Assembly (NCBI GenBank): GCA_037305845.1
Contig: CP147778.1
Coordinates: 640,001-704,000, forward strand
Direction: 5' to 3'
Length of the DNA: 64,000 nt
Source: Candidatus Freyarchaeum deiterrae
Lineage (GTDB): Archaea; Asgardarchaeota; Jordiarchaeia; Jordiarchaeales; Jordiarchaeaceae
Shown: positions 28,576 through 38,082 of the stretch, in pieces
Numbering within the stretch: position 1 is the first letter of the stretch
Layout: the number at the start of each line of letters is the position of its first letter
Notes under the pieces: model-generated
What the model saw: the letters and a program-made list of their open reading frames with translations, nothing else
What the model was told of the DNA's origin: nothing
Database searches by the model: none
Translations under genes and position numbers: made by a program

Positions 28576-30225
28576 TTGGCTTGCAGGGAGATTGCAGAAA
28601 AAGCAAAACAAGCACAGGAAAAAGGAGAAAGTAAAGAAGCAATTGAACTCTACAAACAAGCCGCCGATTGCTTTGATAAAGCCGGAGAAAACGAACAGGC
28701 AGCCAAGACATTGTACCTCTTAGCTGAGGTATACCGCGGAAAAAAGGATTACTTTAGCGCGGCTAACGCTTTAAAAGACTCGATAATGCGCTATTCATTA
28801 TTGGGCAATGTAGAAGCAGCGGAAGAAATCTCGAATAATATCACTGAAAAAGAAATAAAGTCATCCCAGACTTTTCAGTTTGCAATTAACTTTATGAAGG
28901 AGAGAGCGAGAGCCTCAGGCTCAGATGGGGGAACCTATGAGGAACCCCTAACAAATGAAGGAATGGAAACCGCTCTGAAAGAGATTGAGAAGAAATTTGA
29001 AGTCGTACCAGTGGATGACAAAATTTATGGTATCCTCGGTGATAAAACTGCTAATTTTATTCCAGCCATAGAAAGAATTCGGCTAAAAGGCAAACCAACA
29101 ACAAACCAGTTACAGAAATTAATCGGAACTGCTCTGGAGAGCAAAAGAGTAAGAGTAAAAAACGAGATCATTTCTACAATTACGGCTAAAAGGGAAAAAG
29201 AAGACTTCGAAGTGAGCTTCAAAACCAACATTGAAAAAGAGGATACTCAAGGCATGGCCCGGGTTTATTTTGATAATAGCTACGAATCGCTCTTGAGGGA
29301 CGCCGTCCTCACGTGCTTTATCCCTGCTTGCTACAATGTGGAGAAAATAGATTCCCCAGTTCGACCGAAAACGCGCCCGGTCCTTGAAGGAATGGAAGCA
29401 TCGTTCGACTTGAAAAAATTATCATCTGGGGAAAAAATTAATGTCAATTTTACACTAAGAAGAAACCTCTCCCGTACGATGATAATGGGGCAGGGTAAAG
29501 AAATATGGGTGATTCGAACGCATGTTCCAATCATTCAGGAAACACCCACTCGTTTCAGAGCAAATCTAACCACCCTAAATAACACGGGAAAAGTGATGGA
29601 TAACGTTATTCTGGAGGATGTAATTCCTCTAGAATTATCGGTTGTAGAGATCTCCCCGAGTGATGTTCAACTATATGCGAAGGATATGGAAGACACTCTA
29701 TTACAACGGATAACATCCAGCTTTGGGAAAAATGAAAAATTGGAAATTACATATCTGTTGGAGCCACGAAAAACATTCAGAATAATTGAAAAACAGATTC
29801 AGTTAAAGGATGGGCGAAACATAGGAAAGTTGACAAAAATCATCGAGCCAATTAGCACGCAAAACAAATTTCTGGTAAACATAGAATTTCAAAATCTCAC
29901 ACACACCGACCTTGAGAATGTTATAATAAAAGACAAATTGCCTACAACCCTAAAGCTGCCAAAAGCAACCATTGACGCAGAGATAACAACTATCGAAAAA
30001 GGGTACCACTTAACATGGAAGTTCCCCAAAATTATGGAAGGGCAATCAATCGAAATTTCCTACCTAACAGAGGGAGAAGAAGCAACGTATAAAGAAGTAC
30101 CAGAAATCGAGCTAGAGGGATACCAGAGCTACGAGGACAGACACATATCCTCAGACCGATATCAAGGCATTATAAGAGAATCAAAGGGATTAATGGAATT
30201 CAAAAAAGCAAGTCGCTTAACTTAA
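28576..30225 (+). CDS. N-terminal SNAP/TPR-like domain plus three beta-sandwich (DUF11/mu-homology-like) repeats
   Basis: AIELYKQAADCFDKAG TPR; repeats N....l.nv.l.d.iP......W/F....l..ge...i.y; likely TTG start at 28576 after GGAGG (ORF track 28522); no signal peptide. Confidence 0.65.
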   Translation: MACREIAEKAKQAQEKGESKEAIELYKQAADCFDKAGENEQAAKTLYLLAEVYRGKKDYFSAANALKDSIMRYSLLGNVEAAEEISNNITEKEIKSSQTFQFAINFMKERARASGSDGGTYEEPLTNEGMETALKEIEKKFEVVPVDDKIYGILGDKTANFIPAIERIRLKGKPTTNQLQKLIGTALESKRVRVKNEIISTITAKREKEDFEVSFKTNIEKEDTQGMARVYFDNSYESLLRDAVLTCFIPACYNVEKIDSPVRPKTRPVLEGMEASFDLKKLSSGEKINVNFTLRRNLSRTMIMGQGKEIWVIRTHVPIIQETPTRFRANLTTLNNTGKVMDNVILEDVIPLELSVVEISPSDVQLYAKDMEDTLLQRITSSFGKNEKLEITYLLEPRKTFRIIEKQIQLKDGRNIGKLTKIIEPISTQNKFLVNIEFQNLTHTDLENVIIKDKLPTTLKLPKATIDAEITTIEKGYHLTWKFPKIMEGQSIEISYLTEGEEATYKEVPEIELEGYQSYEDRHISSDRYQGIIRESKGLMEFKKASRLT

Positions 30226-30326
30226 TAAAAACCTAGAGAACTCAAAAGGCAATTTTAAAAAAATAAGAAAATAAAAAAAAGAAACAAGCTTATAGTGGTA
30301 TCTAATATATACCGGCCCAAACAAGT

Positions 30327-30650
30327 CTACAAATGCAATGGCGATGATGATTTAGCTGCTTTTGGTTTTGCCGACGCCTTTGCTTTAGCCGCCTTTTCTC
30401 TTTCTATCTTCGCTTTTTCTCTCTGCTTAGCTTCGTCTTTTTTAATGCTCTCTGAGGTGCTCTCGATGTTTTTTACATGTTTCTCCGCATCGCTTCTCAG
30501 ACCACGGAAAAGGCTTATTTCCTTACTCTTGTTCTTCTTTGTAGCGTCGGCTTCCATTTTCTGGTAGGTGGCTACACTTGCCTTCTCCCTAGAGAGGGCG
30601 GTAGCTAATGGGCCTGTAGGCTTAGGCTTTGATTTTGGTTTCGCTGCCAT
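30327..30650 (-). CDS. Small basic Lys/Ala-rich protein with ferritin/rubrerythrin-like helix pair
   Basis: ALSREKASVATYQKM...LFRGLRSDAEKHVKNI flanked by KPK/AKAKA tails. Confidence 0.6.
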   Translation of the reverse strand: MAAKPKSKPKPTGPLATALSREKASVATYQKMEADATKKNKSKEISLFRGLRSDAEKHVKNIESTSESIKKDEAKQREKAKIEREKAAKAKASAKPKAAKSSSPLHL

Positions 30651-30965
30651 TCTATTACCCCAACAAATTTTATTTTTTTGTAATTGTTTGTATAATTTTA
30701 GTTAGGTTATACAATTTATTATTATGGTGTCTTATAAGTTCTTCGATTTTTAAAAAGGTTTCTATTCCCAGTTGAAAAATCTCTAAAAAAATTGTGTTAT
30801 CATCTCGCGCTTCGAGGTGAAAAATCCTTCCAAACGTTCCCTCCAAAAATTTTTGCTACCTGAATCAGAAAAACCATTTGAATACTATTCGAAATAGCCT
30901 CAACAGCCTCTTTTATGATTGGATTTCGAATAAGAGGCTTTGATTTTCTAATTTAGGCGCCCATT

Positions 30966-32738
30966 TTATAAGTCGAATCTTTTCTCAATCTCTGGGAGTC
31001 TCAAGGTGTTAATCAAGTTGTTTTTTGTGCACCATCCTCTCCTAGCCTGGTCTACACCGTACTCCATAAAATCTAAATGGTTTTTATTATGAGAATCCGT
31101 TCCAATAGCCAGACCCACGCCTCTATCCACAGCGGATTTGATTTGGATATCTCTGAGATCCAGTCTATCTGGAAATGCGTTTATCTCCAGAATTATTCCA
31201 AGTTCCTTGGCCCTCTCTATTATAGTAAGCAAATCTATCTCGTACGGGATTCTCCTGTTGATTATTCTCCCAGTTGGATGTACCAGTATATGCATTAAGC
31301 CGCTTTCCATAGCTTTTATTACTCTTTTTGTGGTAACCTCTTCGCTAGCTTTGAAGCCGGAATGCACTGCCGCGAGAACCACGTCTAGCTCTTCAAGGAG
31401 ACCTCGGCTTAGATCGAGCTCCCCGTCCGCTTTTATGTTAACCTCAGCCGACTTTAGAATTCTGAAATCGCCAAACTTGTTATTAAGCTGGTCTATTTCC
31501 TTCATTTGTTTTTTTAATTTCTCATCATCCATAGCTCCAGCGATTTTGAGGGAGCCCACATGGTCAGAAATGCTGATGTACTCGTATTTTCTTTCCCGGG
31601 CGACCTGTGCTAAATCGGATATGGAGTCCACTCCGTCGCTCCATTGGCTGTGGACATGAAAATCTCCCCGAATATCGGATAGCTGCACTAGGTTGGGCAG
31701 TCTGTTTTTCGCAGCGGCCTCGACTTCACCCATGTCCTCCCTAAGCTCGGGCTCAATGTAACCTAAGCCTAGTGCACTATAGCATTCTTCCTCGGTTCTC
31801 CCAGCTATTCTGGTATCGTCTCTGAATACTCCGTATTCGCTCAGTTTTAGACCCTTTTCTATGGCTATGATTCTCAACTTAACGTTGTGCTCCTTAGACC
31901 CGGTGAAGTAGAGCAGAGCCGAACCATAGATTTCCTCATCAAACACTCGGATATCAACCTGCAAGCCTTCCTTTAACACAATCGAAGATTTCGCGGCTCC
32001 CTTACCAAGAACCCGTCCAACCTCATCCATACTGGTAAAAAAGTCCATGACGCTCTCCGGTTTCTTGGATATTACCAGAATGTCCAAGTCTCCCACGGTT
32101 TCCTTCCGCCTCCTGTAAGAACCCGCGATGGTGACGCGCTCCACAGAGCTGAGCGACCTCAGTTTGTTTTCTAGCTCTCTCGCGATTTGAGCAGCGTACA
32201 CTATGGAGACTCTTTCCCTGCTTTTTTTAGCGAATTCCACTCCTTGAAGCAAATTTTTTTCAGTTTTCAGACCGAGTGTTTTGATTCTCCTTATTCTGTG
32301 CTCCTTAGCCGCTTTCTCCAGTTCCTCCAAGTTTTTAATTTTCAGCTTATCGTAGAGAAGTTTAACCCTTTTCGGTCCCATCCCCTCAACCATTGTGAGC
32401 TCCTCTAAGTTAACAGGATACTTTGACTTGAACTCATCATAAGTTTTCGCGGAGCCTGTTTCAACAACCTCACCAATAATCTCAGCTATCGCCGGGCCTA
32501 TTCTAGGAATGCTGCGCAGTTCCCCTCTTCGGTAAATTTCCGTTATTTCCTCCGGCAAGGACTCTATAATCTTAGCCGCATTCTGGAAAGCTCTTACCTT
32601 AAACTTGATTTCGTCCTGCATTTCCAAGTAAAAGGCTATTTCCTCCAGTATTCTCGCGATTTCAAAATTCTTCGTAGTAAACCTCTCCTTAACACGATAA
32701 GGCAAGTGTAACTGAACTAGCTCTGACACCTCGGGCAA
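30966..32738 (-). CDS. polX: DNA polymerase X / PHP 3'-5' exonuclease
   Basis: AGSYRRRKETVGDLDIL, YFTGSKEHN, DFHVHS, ISDH, GTDSH; homologous start position is 32675 (ACG). Confidence 0.93.
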   Translation of the reverse strand: MPEVSELVQLHLPYRVKERFTTKNFEIARILEEIAFYLEMQDEIKFKVRAFQNAAKIIESLPEEITEIYRRGELRSIPRIGPAIAEIIGEVVETGSAKTYDEFKSKYPVNLEELTMVEGMGPKRVKLLYDKLKIKNLEELEKAAKEHRIRRIKTLGLKTEKNLLQGVEFAKKSRERVSIVYAAQIARELENKLRSLSSVERVTIAGSYRRRKETVGDLDILVISKKPESVMDFFTSMDEVGRVLGKGAAKSSIVLKEGLQVDIRVFDEEIYGSALLYFTGSKEHNVKLRIIAIEKGLKLSEYGVFRDDTRIAGRTEEECYSALGLGYIEPELREDMGEVEAAAKNRLPNLVQLSDIRGDFHVHSQWSDGVDSISDLAQVARERKYEYISISDHVGSLKIAGAMDDEKLKKQMKEIDQLNNKFGDFRILKSAEVNIKADGELDLSRGLLEELDVVLAAVHSGFKASEEVTTKRVIKAMESGLMHILVHPTGRIINRRIPYEIDLLTIIERAKELGIILEINAFPDRLDLRDIQIKSAVDRGVGLAIGTDSHNKNHLDFMEYGVDQARRGWCTKNNLINTLRLPEIEKRFDL

Positions 32739-33496
32739 TAATACGAGGTTCTATTACTCATTTTAAGAGTTTCTATAGCACCACCACATCTCGGACATTT
32801 TGCGCTCTTCTCTCTGAAAAGGAAAAGAAAGCCTTTCAACAGATTAAAATCCGCGTTTGCATCGATGACCTTTCTTAAAACCTCTTTGGTTTCGAAGAAT
32901 ATTCTAACCCTTTCATCTTCATTTAAGTTTATCAACTTTCTATCGGGTCTAACGCCTGCTTGAAAGAGTATCTCATCGGAGTACATGTTGCCGATTCCCG
33001 CGATTATACTTTGATCCATGAGAAAACTCTTAACCATTCTTCTCGGATGCCTACTGCATAATTCCAAGAAATCTTTTTCATCCATTTCCAAAGGCTCAAG
33101 ACCCATGTTTCTAATTGTCTTAACGTCATCAGCGCTCTCCACCAAGTATACCCTCCCAAACCTCCTCTGATCAATTACCCTCAACTCGTAACCGTTAAGA
33201 AAAAGAAACACTAATCGAACATACTTTTCTTCAGGCACACCGGATTTCGTGTAATTCAAGTCACCCGTCATACCAAAGTGAAAAACCAGTTTTAGGGAAT
33301 TAGTATTCAAATTCACGATAAGAAACTTACCCCTTCGGTCTATGGATTCAAAATGTTTACCTATTAACTTTTTTCTGAAATCTTTAATGGATGTTACAAA
33401 AAATTTCTCATCCCGAACCTCTAACTTCTTAATTTCAAGGAGGAGACACTGCTCGATATAAGACTTGAAAGCTTCAACCTCTGGTAATTCAGGCAA
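32717..33496 (-). CDS. mutM: Fpg/Nei family DNA glycosylase
   Basis: N-terminal PELPEVE, RRGKF, HFGMTG, GIGNMYSDE, CPRC...CPRCQ zinc finger. Confidence 0.92.
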   Translation of the reverse strand: MPELPEVEAFKSYIEQCLLLEIKKLEVRDEKFFVTSIKDFRKKLIGKHFESIDRRGKFLIVNLNTNSLKLVFHFGMTGDLNYTKSGVPEEKYVRLVFLFLNGYELRVIDQRRFGRVYLVESADDVKTIRNMGLEPLEMDEKDFLELCSRHPRRMVKSFLMDQSIIAGIGNMYSDEILFQAGVRPDRKLINLNEDERVRIFFETKEVLRKVIDANADFNLLKGFLFLFREKSAKCPRCGGAIETLKMSNRTSYYCPRCQS

Positions 33497-33623
33497 ATCA
33501 ATAGCAACCTTCCATGATGGGTAAAAGCGTAGATAATATACTTTTAAGAAGTGATTTCAGGATTTAAGTCTAATTTTTCATTAGGGTGGGAAAATATAAA
33601 AAAAGTTAGTGGTAAGTTAGTGT

Positions 33624-33740
33624 TTATATGACACGGGTGAGGAACAACAACAATATAATGAGAACTACCACTATAAGGCAGATTATCAGAAGCAGTTCAA
33701 CTGTACTCAGACCTCTACTGCGGCTTCTTCTTCTCGGCAT
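33624..33740 (-). CDS. 38-aa membrane microprotein with class III (prepilin-like) signal
   Basis: MPRRRSRSRG|LSTVELLLIICLIVVVLIILLLFLTRVI*; GGAGG RBS 8 nt before the ATG; below ORF-track cutoff. Confidence 0.65.
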   Translation of the reverse strand: MPRRRSRSRGLSTVELLLIICLIVVVLIILLLFLTRVI

Positions 33741-33855
33741 TTGTTTGGCCTCCTTTTCCCTTATTTTAAGTATTATAACGGGCATATAGCATAAAAAGAT
33801 TTTCGCTTAAAAAAAGGGCGGAAAAACTGAATCCTTGATTATGGTGAGGCTGTTG

Positions 33856-34977
33856 TTATTCAAGGCTTTGAGCTACTAGCTCCGTAACATCACAGACTTC
33901 TATTCCATCTCCGGAGACTTTTATTAATTGTCTCTTACAGAAAGGGCAAGTTGTAGTTAAAATTTCAGCCCCGGTTTCTTTAGCTTCTTCCATTCTTCGG
34001 CTTCCAGCTGCGTTCGCTATTTCGGGGTAGGTAGCCTCCATTCCTCCACCGCTTCCACAGCAGTGGGCGTTTTCCCTATTGAATTCCATTTCCACCAACT
34101 TTACCCCGGGAATTTGCTCCAAGAGTTTTCGGGGAGCATCGTAAATTTCCGAGTGTCTTCCCAGATGGCATGAATCGTGGTAGGTTACCAGTTTTTTAAT
34201 TTTTTTATCTAGTTTGATTTTCCCTTCATCCATTAATCTCTGAATATACTCCGATACATGAAGAACTTCGGCGTCTAGAGGAAAACCATGCTCAGGGTAA
34301 TCCTGCTTAAGGGTCTTATAGCATCCAGCACAGGAGCTTATAATTGTTTTAGCCTTCAAACTGTTAATCGTTTTCTGGTTATGTTTCATTAACTCCTCAG
34401 CCTGTTTCCGATAACCAGTTCTGAGAATAGGAGATCCGCAACACCACTCATCATTTAGAATAGTGTAATTAACCTTCGCCTTATCAAGAATCTTCAAGAC
34501 AGCCTCAGCAATCTCGGGATTTCGGTAAGCACTAGTGCAGCCAATAAAGTAAATCACTTCGGGGTTTCCCTTTTCTTTTTCCTTTTTGGCAGCCTTTATC
34601 TTTAAGAAACGCCCCGAGTGAGGCTCACCATAAGGATTATGCTCTTTTTCTACATTTTTCGCAAGCCTATCCGCATTCTCGTTGGCGAAACCCTTCTCAA
34701 CTAGATCCGCGCGCAGTTTTTCGACTACCCTAGGAATATCATATTTTAAGAGACAGTTGGCTTGACATAAACCGCAGGTGGTGCACTGATACATGATATC
34801 AAGTATCTCTTTGGTGGGTTCAAGCTGCCCATTCTCAATATAATAAGCAAGCAAGCATCTACCATAAGGAGTTGCAGACTCAGACTTAGTGATGGTACCC
34901 GAGGTGCAAACATGACGACACATCTTGGCACATGAAGCACAGAATCTTATTTCATCAGCGTACTTTTCTGTTGCCAT
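33856..34977 (-). CDS. Fe-S oxidoreductase, HdrD/GlpC-like with CCG domains
   Basis: CASCAKMCRHVC, CTTCGLCQANC, GC..WCCG..CAGC, HDSC..HCCG..CPFC. Confidence 0.88.
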   Translation of the reverse strand: MATEKYADEIRFCASCAKMCRHVCTSGTITKSESATPYGRCLLAYYIENGQLEPTKEILDIMYQCTTCGLCQANCLLKYDIPRVVEKLRADLVEKGFANENADRLAKNVEKEHNPYGEPHSGRFLKIKAAKKEKEKGNPEVIYFIGCTSAYRNPEIAEAVLKILDKAKVNYTILNDEWCCGSPILRTGYRKQAEELMKHNQKTINSLKAKTIISSCAGCYKTLKQDYPEHGFPLDAEVLHVSEYIQRLMDEGKIKLDKKIKKLVTYHDSCHLGRHSEIYDAPRKLLEQIPGVKLVEMEFNRENAHCCGSGGGMEATYPEIANAAGSRRMEEAKETGAEILTTTCPFCKRQLIKVSGDGIEVCDVTELVAQSLE

Positions 34978-35328
34978 TTACTCCCGTCTCCATGATTTAT
35001 ACTTTTATCCAAATGATAAGAGAATTGTTCCAAATTTAAGAGTTATGATAAAGCAGAACATGATTAAAAACCCGAGAATAAAGGGTACAGTTTTTAATAA
35101 ACTTTAACTCATCTGAGGGCTACTGCCCTTTTGGAGTATTTTTTTATGGTTTAGATGTTGCGTATTAATATGAGAATCTCTTGCTAAAGAAAGCTTGCTA
35201 GTCTGAAGTTTGATTAGTTGGGGTTTCGATTCGTTTGCCGTTAAATCTGTTTTATATTCTTTTATTGAGAATCATCATGTTAGATTTCGAATCTAAAACT
35301 TTATATTTTTTCAAAGCCTTTTATTTAA

Positions 35329-35799
35329 TTGATAATGCATGCATTGATGGAGGATAAAGTAAGTATGTCATTCTCAGATACTGAAAGATTAGAAATTGCA
35401 AGAACTTATTGCCTTGCTGCGATTGTGAACGGTTACCAATTCTCCCAAAAATTGGGGAAAGCGGAAGAATATGCTAAATCTCAGGGTGTTAACGCCGCTC
35501 AAATCGTTAAGAGGATTTTTGGTAAAGACAAAAATTATGCTATGCGCTATCTTCTGATGCTCGGAGTATCCTTGGGTGTTCCTCAGCCCAAAGAAACGAA
35601 GGGAAAAAAATTCGAGGCGGAGTGCAACCCTGACAACTGCGGATACTATCTCACAGCGAGAATTAACGGTGTAACTGATTTCTGTCCCAACTTCTGCGAG
35701 CCCTTCTTGAACACTTATTGTGAAGAGTTTGGCATATCGGTGAAAGTGGAACCACCGAAAAATGGAAAGAACGGAAAAATCGAATTCAAGGTGGGCTAA
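35329..35799 (+). CDS. Hypothetical protein, possible V4R/MetOD1-like fold
   Basis: Helical N-half, then C.PDNCGY...FCPNFCEPF; same layout as other V4R-like proteins here. Confidence 0.5.
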   Translation: MIMHALMEDKVSMSFSDTERLEIARTYCLAAIVNGYQFSQKLGKAEEYAKSQGVNAAQIVKRIFGKDKNYAMRYLLMLGVSLGVPQPKETKGKKFEAECNPDNCGYYLTARINGVTDFCPNFCEPFLNTYCEEFGISVKVEPPKNGKNGKIEFKVG

Positions 35800-36178
35800 C
35801 ATACCACACGAACTCTAAAAATCAGCTATTTATATTGACTGCTCTGAATCGAGGTATAGACCAAGTTTTTTGGCGTCCGCCCCTCGTTTCCACGTTTTTA
35901 AATAATGCTTCATCAAAAGTTGCACTCAGTAGCATTATATTTGCGAGATAGTAAGGCTGTTTCAGTATCTACTACTTTGCATTAGTTTTCCTATTGAATT
36001 TTTAATCTGGTTTTTCTAGTATGCTTTTTGCTTATGTATTAGTATTTTGGTATGAATGACATAATCTTTATTAATCATTATATTGTTTTACTTTATTTAG
36101 GGAGGTTGACGTTCACAACCAAAATAGCACTGTGTTATATCGTACTCTGATAAGTAACATTATAACGCGAGGAGTGAA

Positions 36179-36808
36179 ATGTTCATGGAAATGGGAGACC
36201 CTATTATTTCTCTTCTAGTTGGTTTGGGCTTGGATGCTCAGGATGCTTCTAATTTGGTCATTCAGTTGGAGTCCTTTTCACCGTTGCATCGTAGGAGGCT
36301 TTTAGAAGATGCGGGGCTTCCTGGTGAAATCCATTCGACTTTGCTACTTTTATTTGATGAGAGAGATAATGCAAAGCGGTCAGAATTGAAAAAAACAGCA
36401 AGGAAATTTGAGAAGCCCGTAGGGGAACAGTTGAAGGGAAAAGTGAAGGAAGGAAAATTAGAAGAATTGAAAAAAATTTCGGGTGAAGAGAAAAAAGTCA
36501 TTAAGCCCTACCGAGTGAAGGAGGAGATTCCGAGCAATGAGCCTGATCAATTGCCGGGATACATTTCATCTAAAAATTACTTCGAAAATAAGGAAATGGT
36601 GGAGAAATGGTTAAGCAGCACAGAACGCAGCTTTAAGGATATGTCGTCAGAGATGCAAGAGGAGACTATATTACGCTATACCCAAGTAAGAACACTCATC
36701 TGCAAAAATAAGGTGGAGATGAGTTCCTCCTGTATAGGATGCCTTATCGGTAGTACAATAGATTGCCCACTCTTCAAAACTCCTAAACTTAAAAGAATGG
36801 CAAAGTGA
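36179..36808 (+). CDS. Hypothetical protein with C-terminal Cys4 motif (paralogue 1)
   Basis: GGAGTG RBS; ICKNKVEMSSSCIGCLIGSTIDCPLF. Confidence 0.75.
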   Translation: MFMEMGDPIISLLVGLGLDAQDASNLVIQLESFSPLHRRRLLEDAGLPGEIHSTLLLLFDERDNAKRSELKKTARKFEKPVGEQLKGKVKEGKLEELKKISGEEKKVIKPYRVKEEIPSNEPDQLPGYISSKNYFENKEMVEKWLSSTERSFKDMSSEMQEETILRYTQVRTLICKNKVEMSSSCIGCLIGSTIDCPLFKTPKLKRMAK

Positions 36809-36950
36809 CCGCCTGATATATGCCTGAAAATTTGAATTCTTTTTCTTATGATTCTCACTAATATGTGGAGAATTTTGTCTTATAGCTACATAATTTTTAT
36901 ATAATCACGTTGCATAATTATAACTAAAGATGAAATTATAATCAGACCGG

Positions 36951-37871
36951 GTGAAATTGAAATTGACCAACACGATTGTCGAGGATAAAGAGGTAGGTAA
37001 CGAACCGCTTACCAGATTAGAAATAGCCAGTGTTTGTCTACTAGTTGAATTAGGTATAGACCCCATTGATGCGTATAATTTAATTTATGAACTGAAGGAG
37101 TTTTCACCAGAGTATCATGGAAGGATCCTAGAATGTACAGGACTCTATATCGAAGCCCGTTCCGCTTTACTAAATATACTCAAAGAGATAGATAAAACCA
37201 AACCGTTAGAAAATACGAGAAATCAGGAAACTTTCACAAAGATTCCTTACGGTGGGAAAGCTATAACCAAAGCCAATATCCAAACTGGTGCTGTAGAAAC
37301 GGAGGCATATGGTAATCTTCAACAGGCTGAAAAAACATTTAACAAAAAAGCAGAGAAAATTGAAGTAACCGTGGAGAAACAGCCTGTGGAAAAAGTTGAA
37401 AAAATATTAGAGGAACTACGTAAACTTAAACAGGAACAGGAAACAGTCAGTGTACCACAAGAAGTGAAACAGGAAGCAATCAGTGTACCACAAGAAGTGA
37501 AACAGGAAGCAATCAGTGTACCACAAGAAGTGAAACAGGAAACAGTCAACGTGTCTCAGGACGTGAAAGTGGATATCCCGCCTGCTGAGCAAGTTCCTAT
37601 TCCCGAATCTGCTTCACAAGAGATTGACTTAGATAATAAGGAAGAGATAGAGAAATGGTTGAGAAACACGGAAAGCCGTTTTGAGGAGATGCCTGTAGAA
37701 ATGCAAGAGGAGACTATGTCGCGCTACATTCAATTAAGAACGAACATCTGTAAAGATAAGATGGGGACGGATTCCTCCTGCATAGGATGCCTTATCGGCA
37801 ATACCATTGATTGCCCACTCTTCAACCGAACCTCGAAAAAAAATGGTAAGCCCAAAATTATGAAGCAGTAA
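36951..37871 (+). CDS. Hypothetical protein with C-terminal Cys4 motif and 11-aa tandem repeats (paralogue 2)
   Basis: N- and C-terminal domains align to 36179..36808; ICKDKMGTDSSCIGCLIGNTIDCPLF. Confidence 0.75.
   Translation: MKLKLTNTIVEDKEVGNEPLTRLEIASVCLLVELGIDPIDAYNLIYELKEFSPEYHGRILECTGLYIEARSALLNILKEIDKTKPLENTRNQETFTKIPYGGKAITKANIQTGAVETEAYGNLQQAEKTFNKKAEKIEVTVEKQPVEKVEKILEELRKLKQEQETVSVPQEVKQEAISVPQEVKQEAISVPQEVKQETVNVSQDVKVDIPPAEQVPIPESASQEIDLDNKEEIEKWLRNTESRFEEMPVEMQEETMSRYIQLRTNICKDKMGTDSSCIGCLIGNTIDCPLFNRTSKKNGKPKIMKQ
37437..37568 (+). repeat. In-frame 33-bp tandem repeat x4 (QE[T/A][V/I]SVPQEVK)
   Basis: caggaagcaatcagtgtaccacaagaagtgaaa units at 37437, 37470, 37503 and degenerate 37536. 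Confidence 0.92.
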
Positions 37872-38082
37872 TAAATAAAATGAAAGCGGTTAAAATATCG
37901 AAAACTCCTCTTTCAATTTTTAATTTTAAGCATCAGGAAATTTTGATGCCAGCTCGGATTTAATAGATTACTTTACGAGTTTTAGAAGGGGGTTTGTGTT
38001 TTTTTTAATTATGGATTTTTACGGTTGGTTTTCACTGCTAAAAGAGGTCAGCCCCTTTCCATATTTTCGGGATGGGATTTAC

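Noticed and set aside
37437-37568. 33-bp repeats as a mini-CRISPR
   Set aside because: Head-to-tail with no spacers and in frame within a CDS
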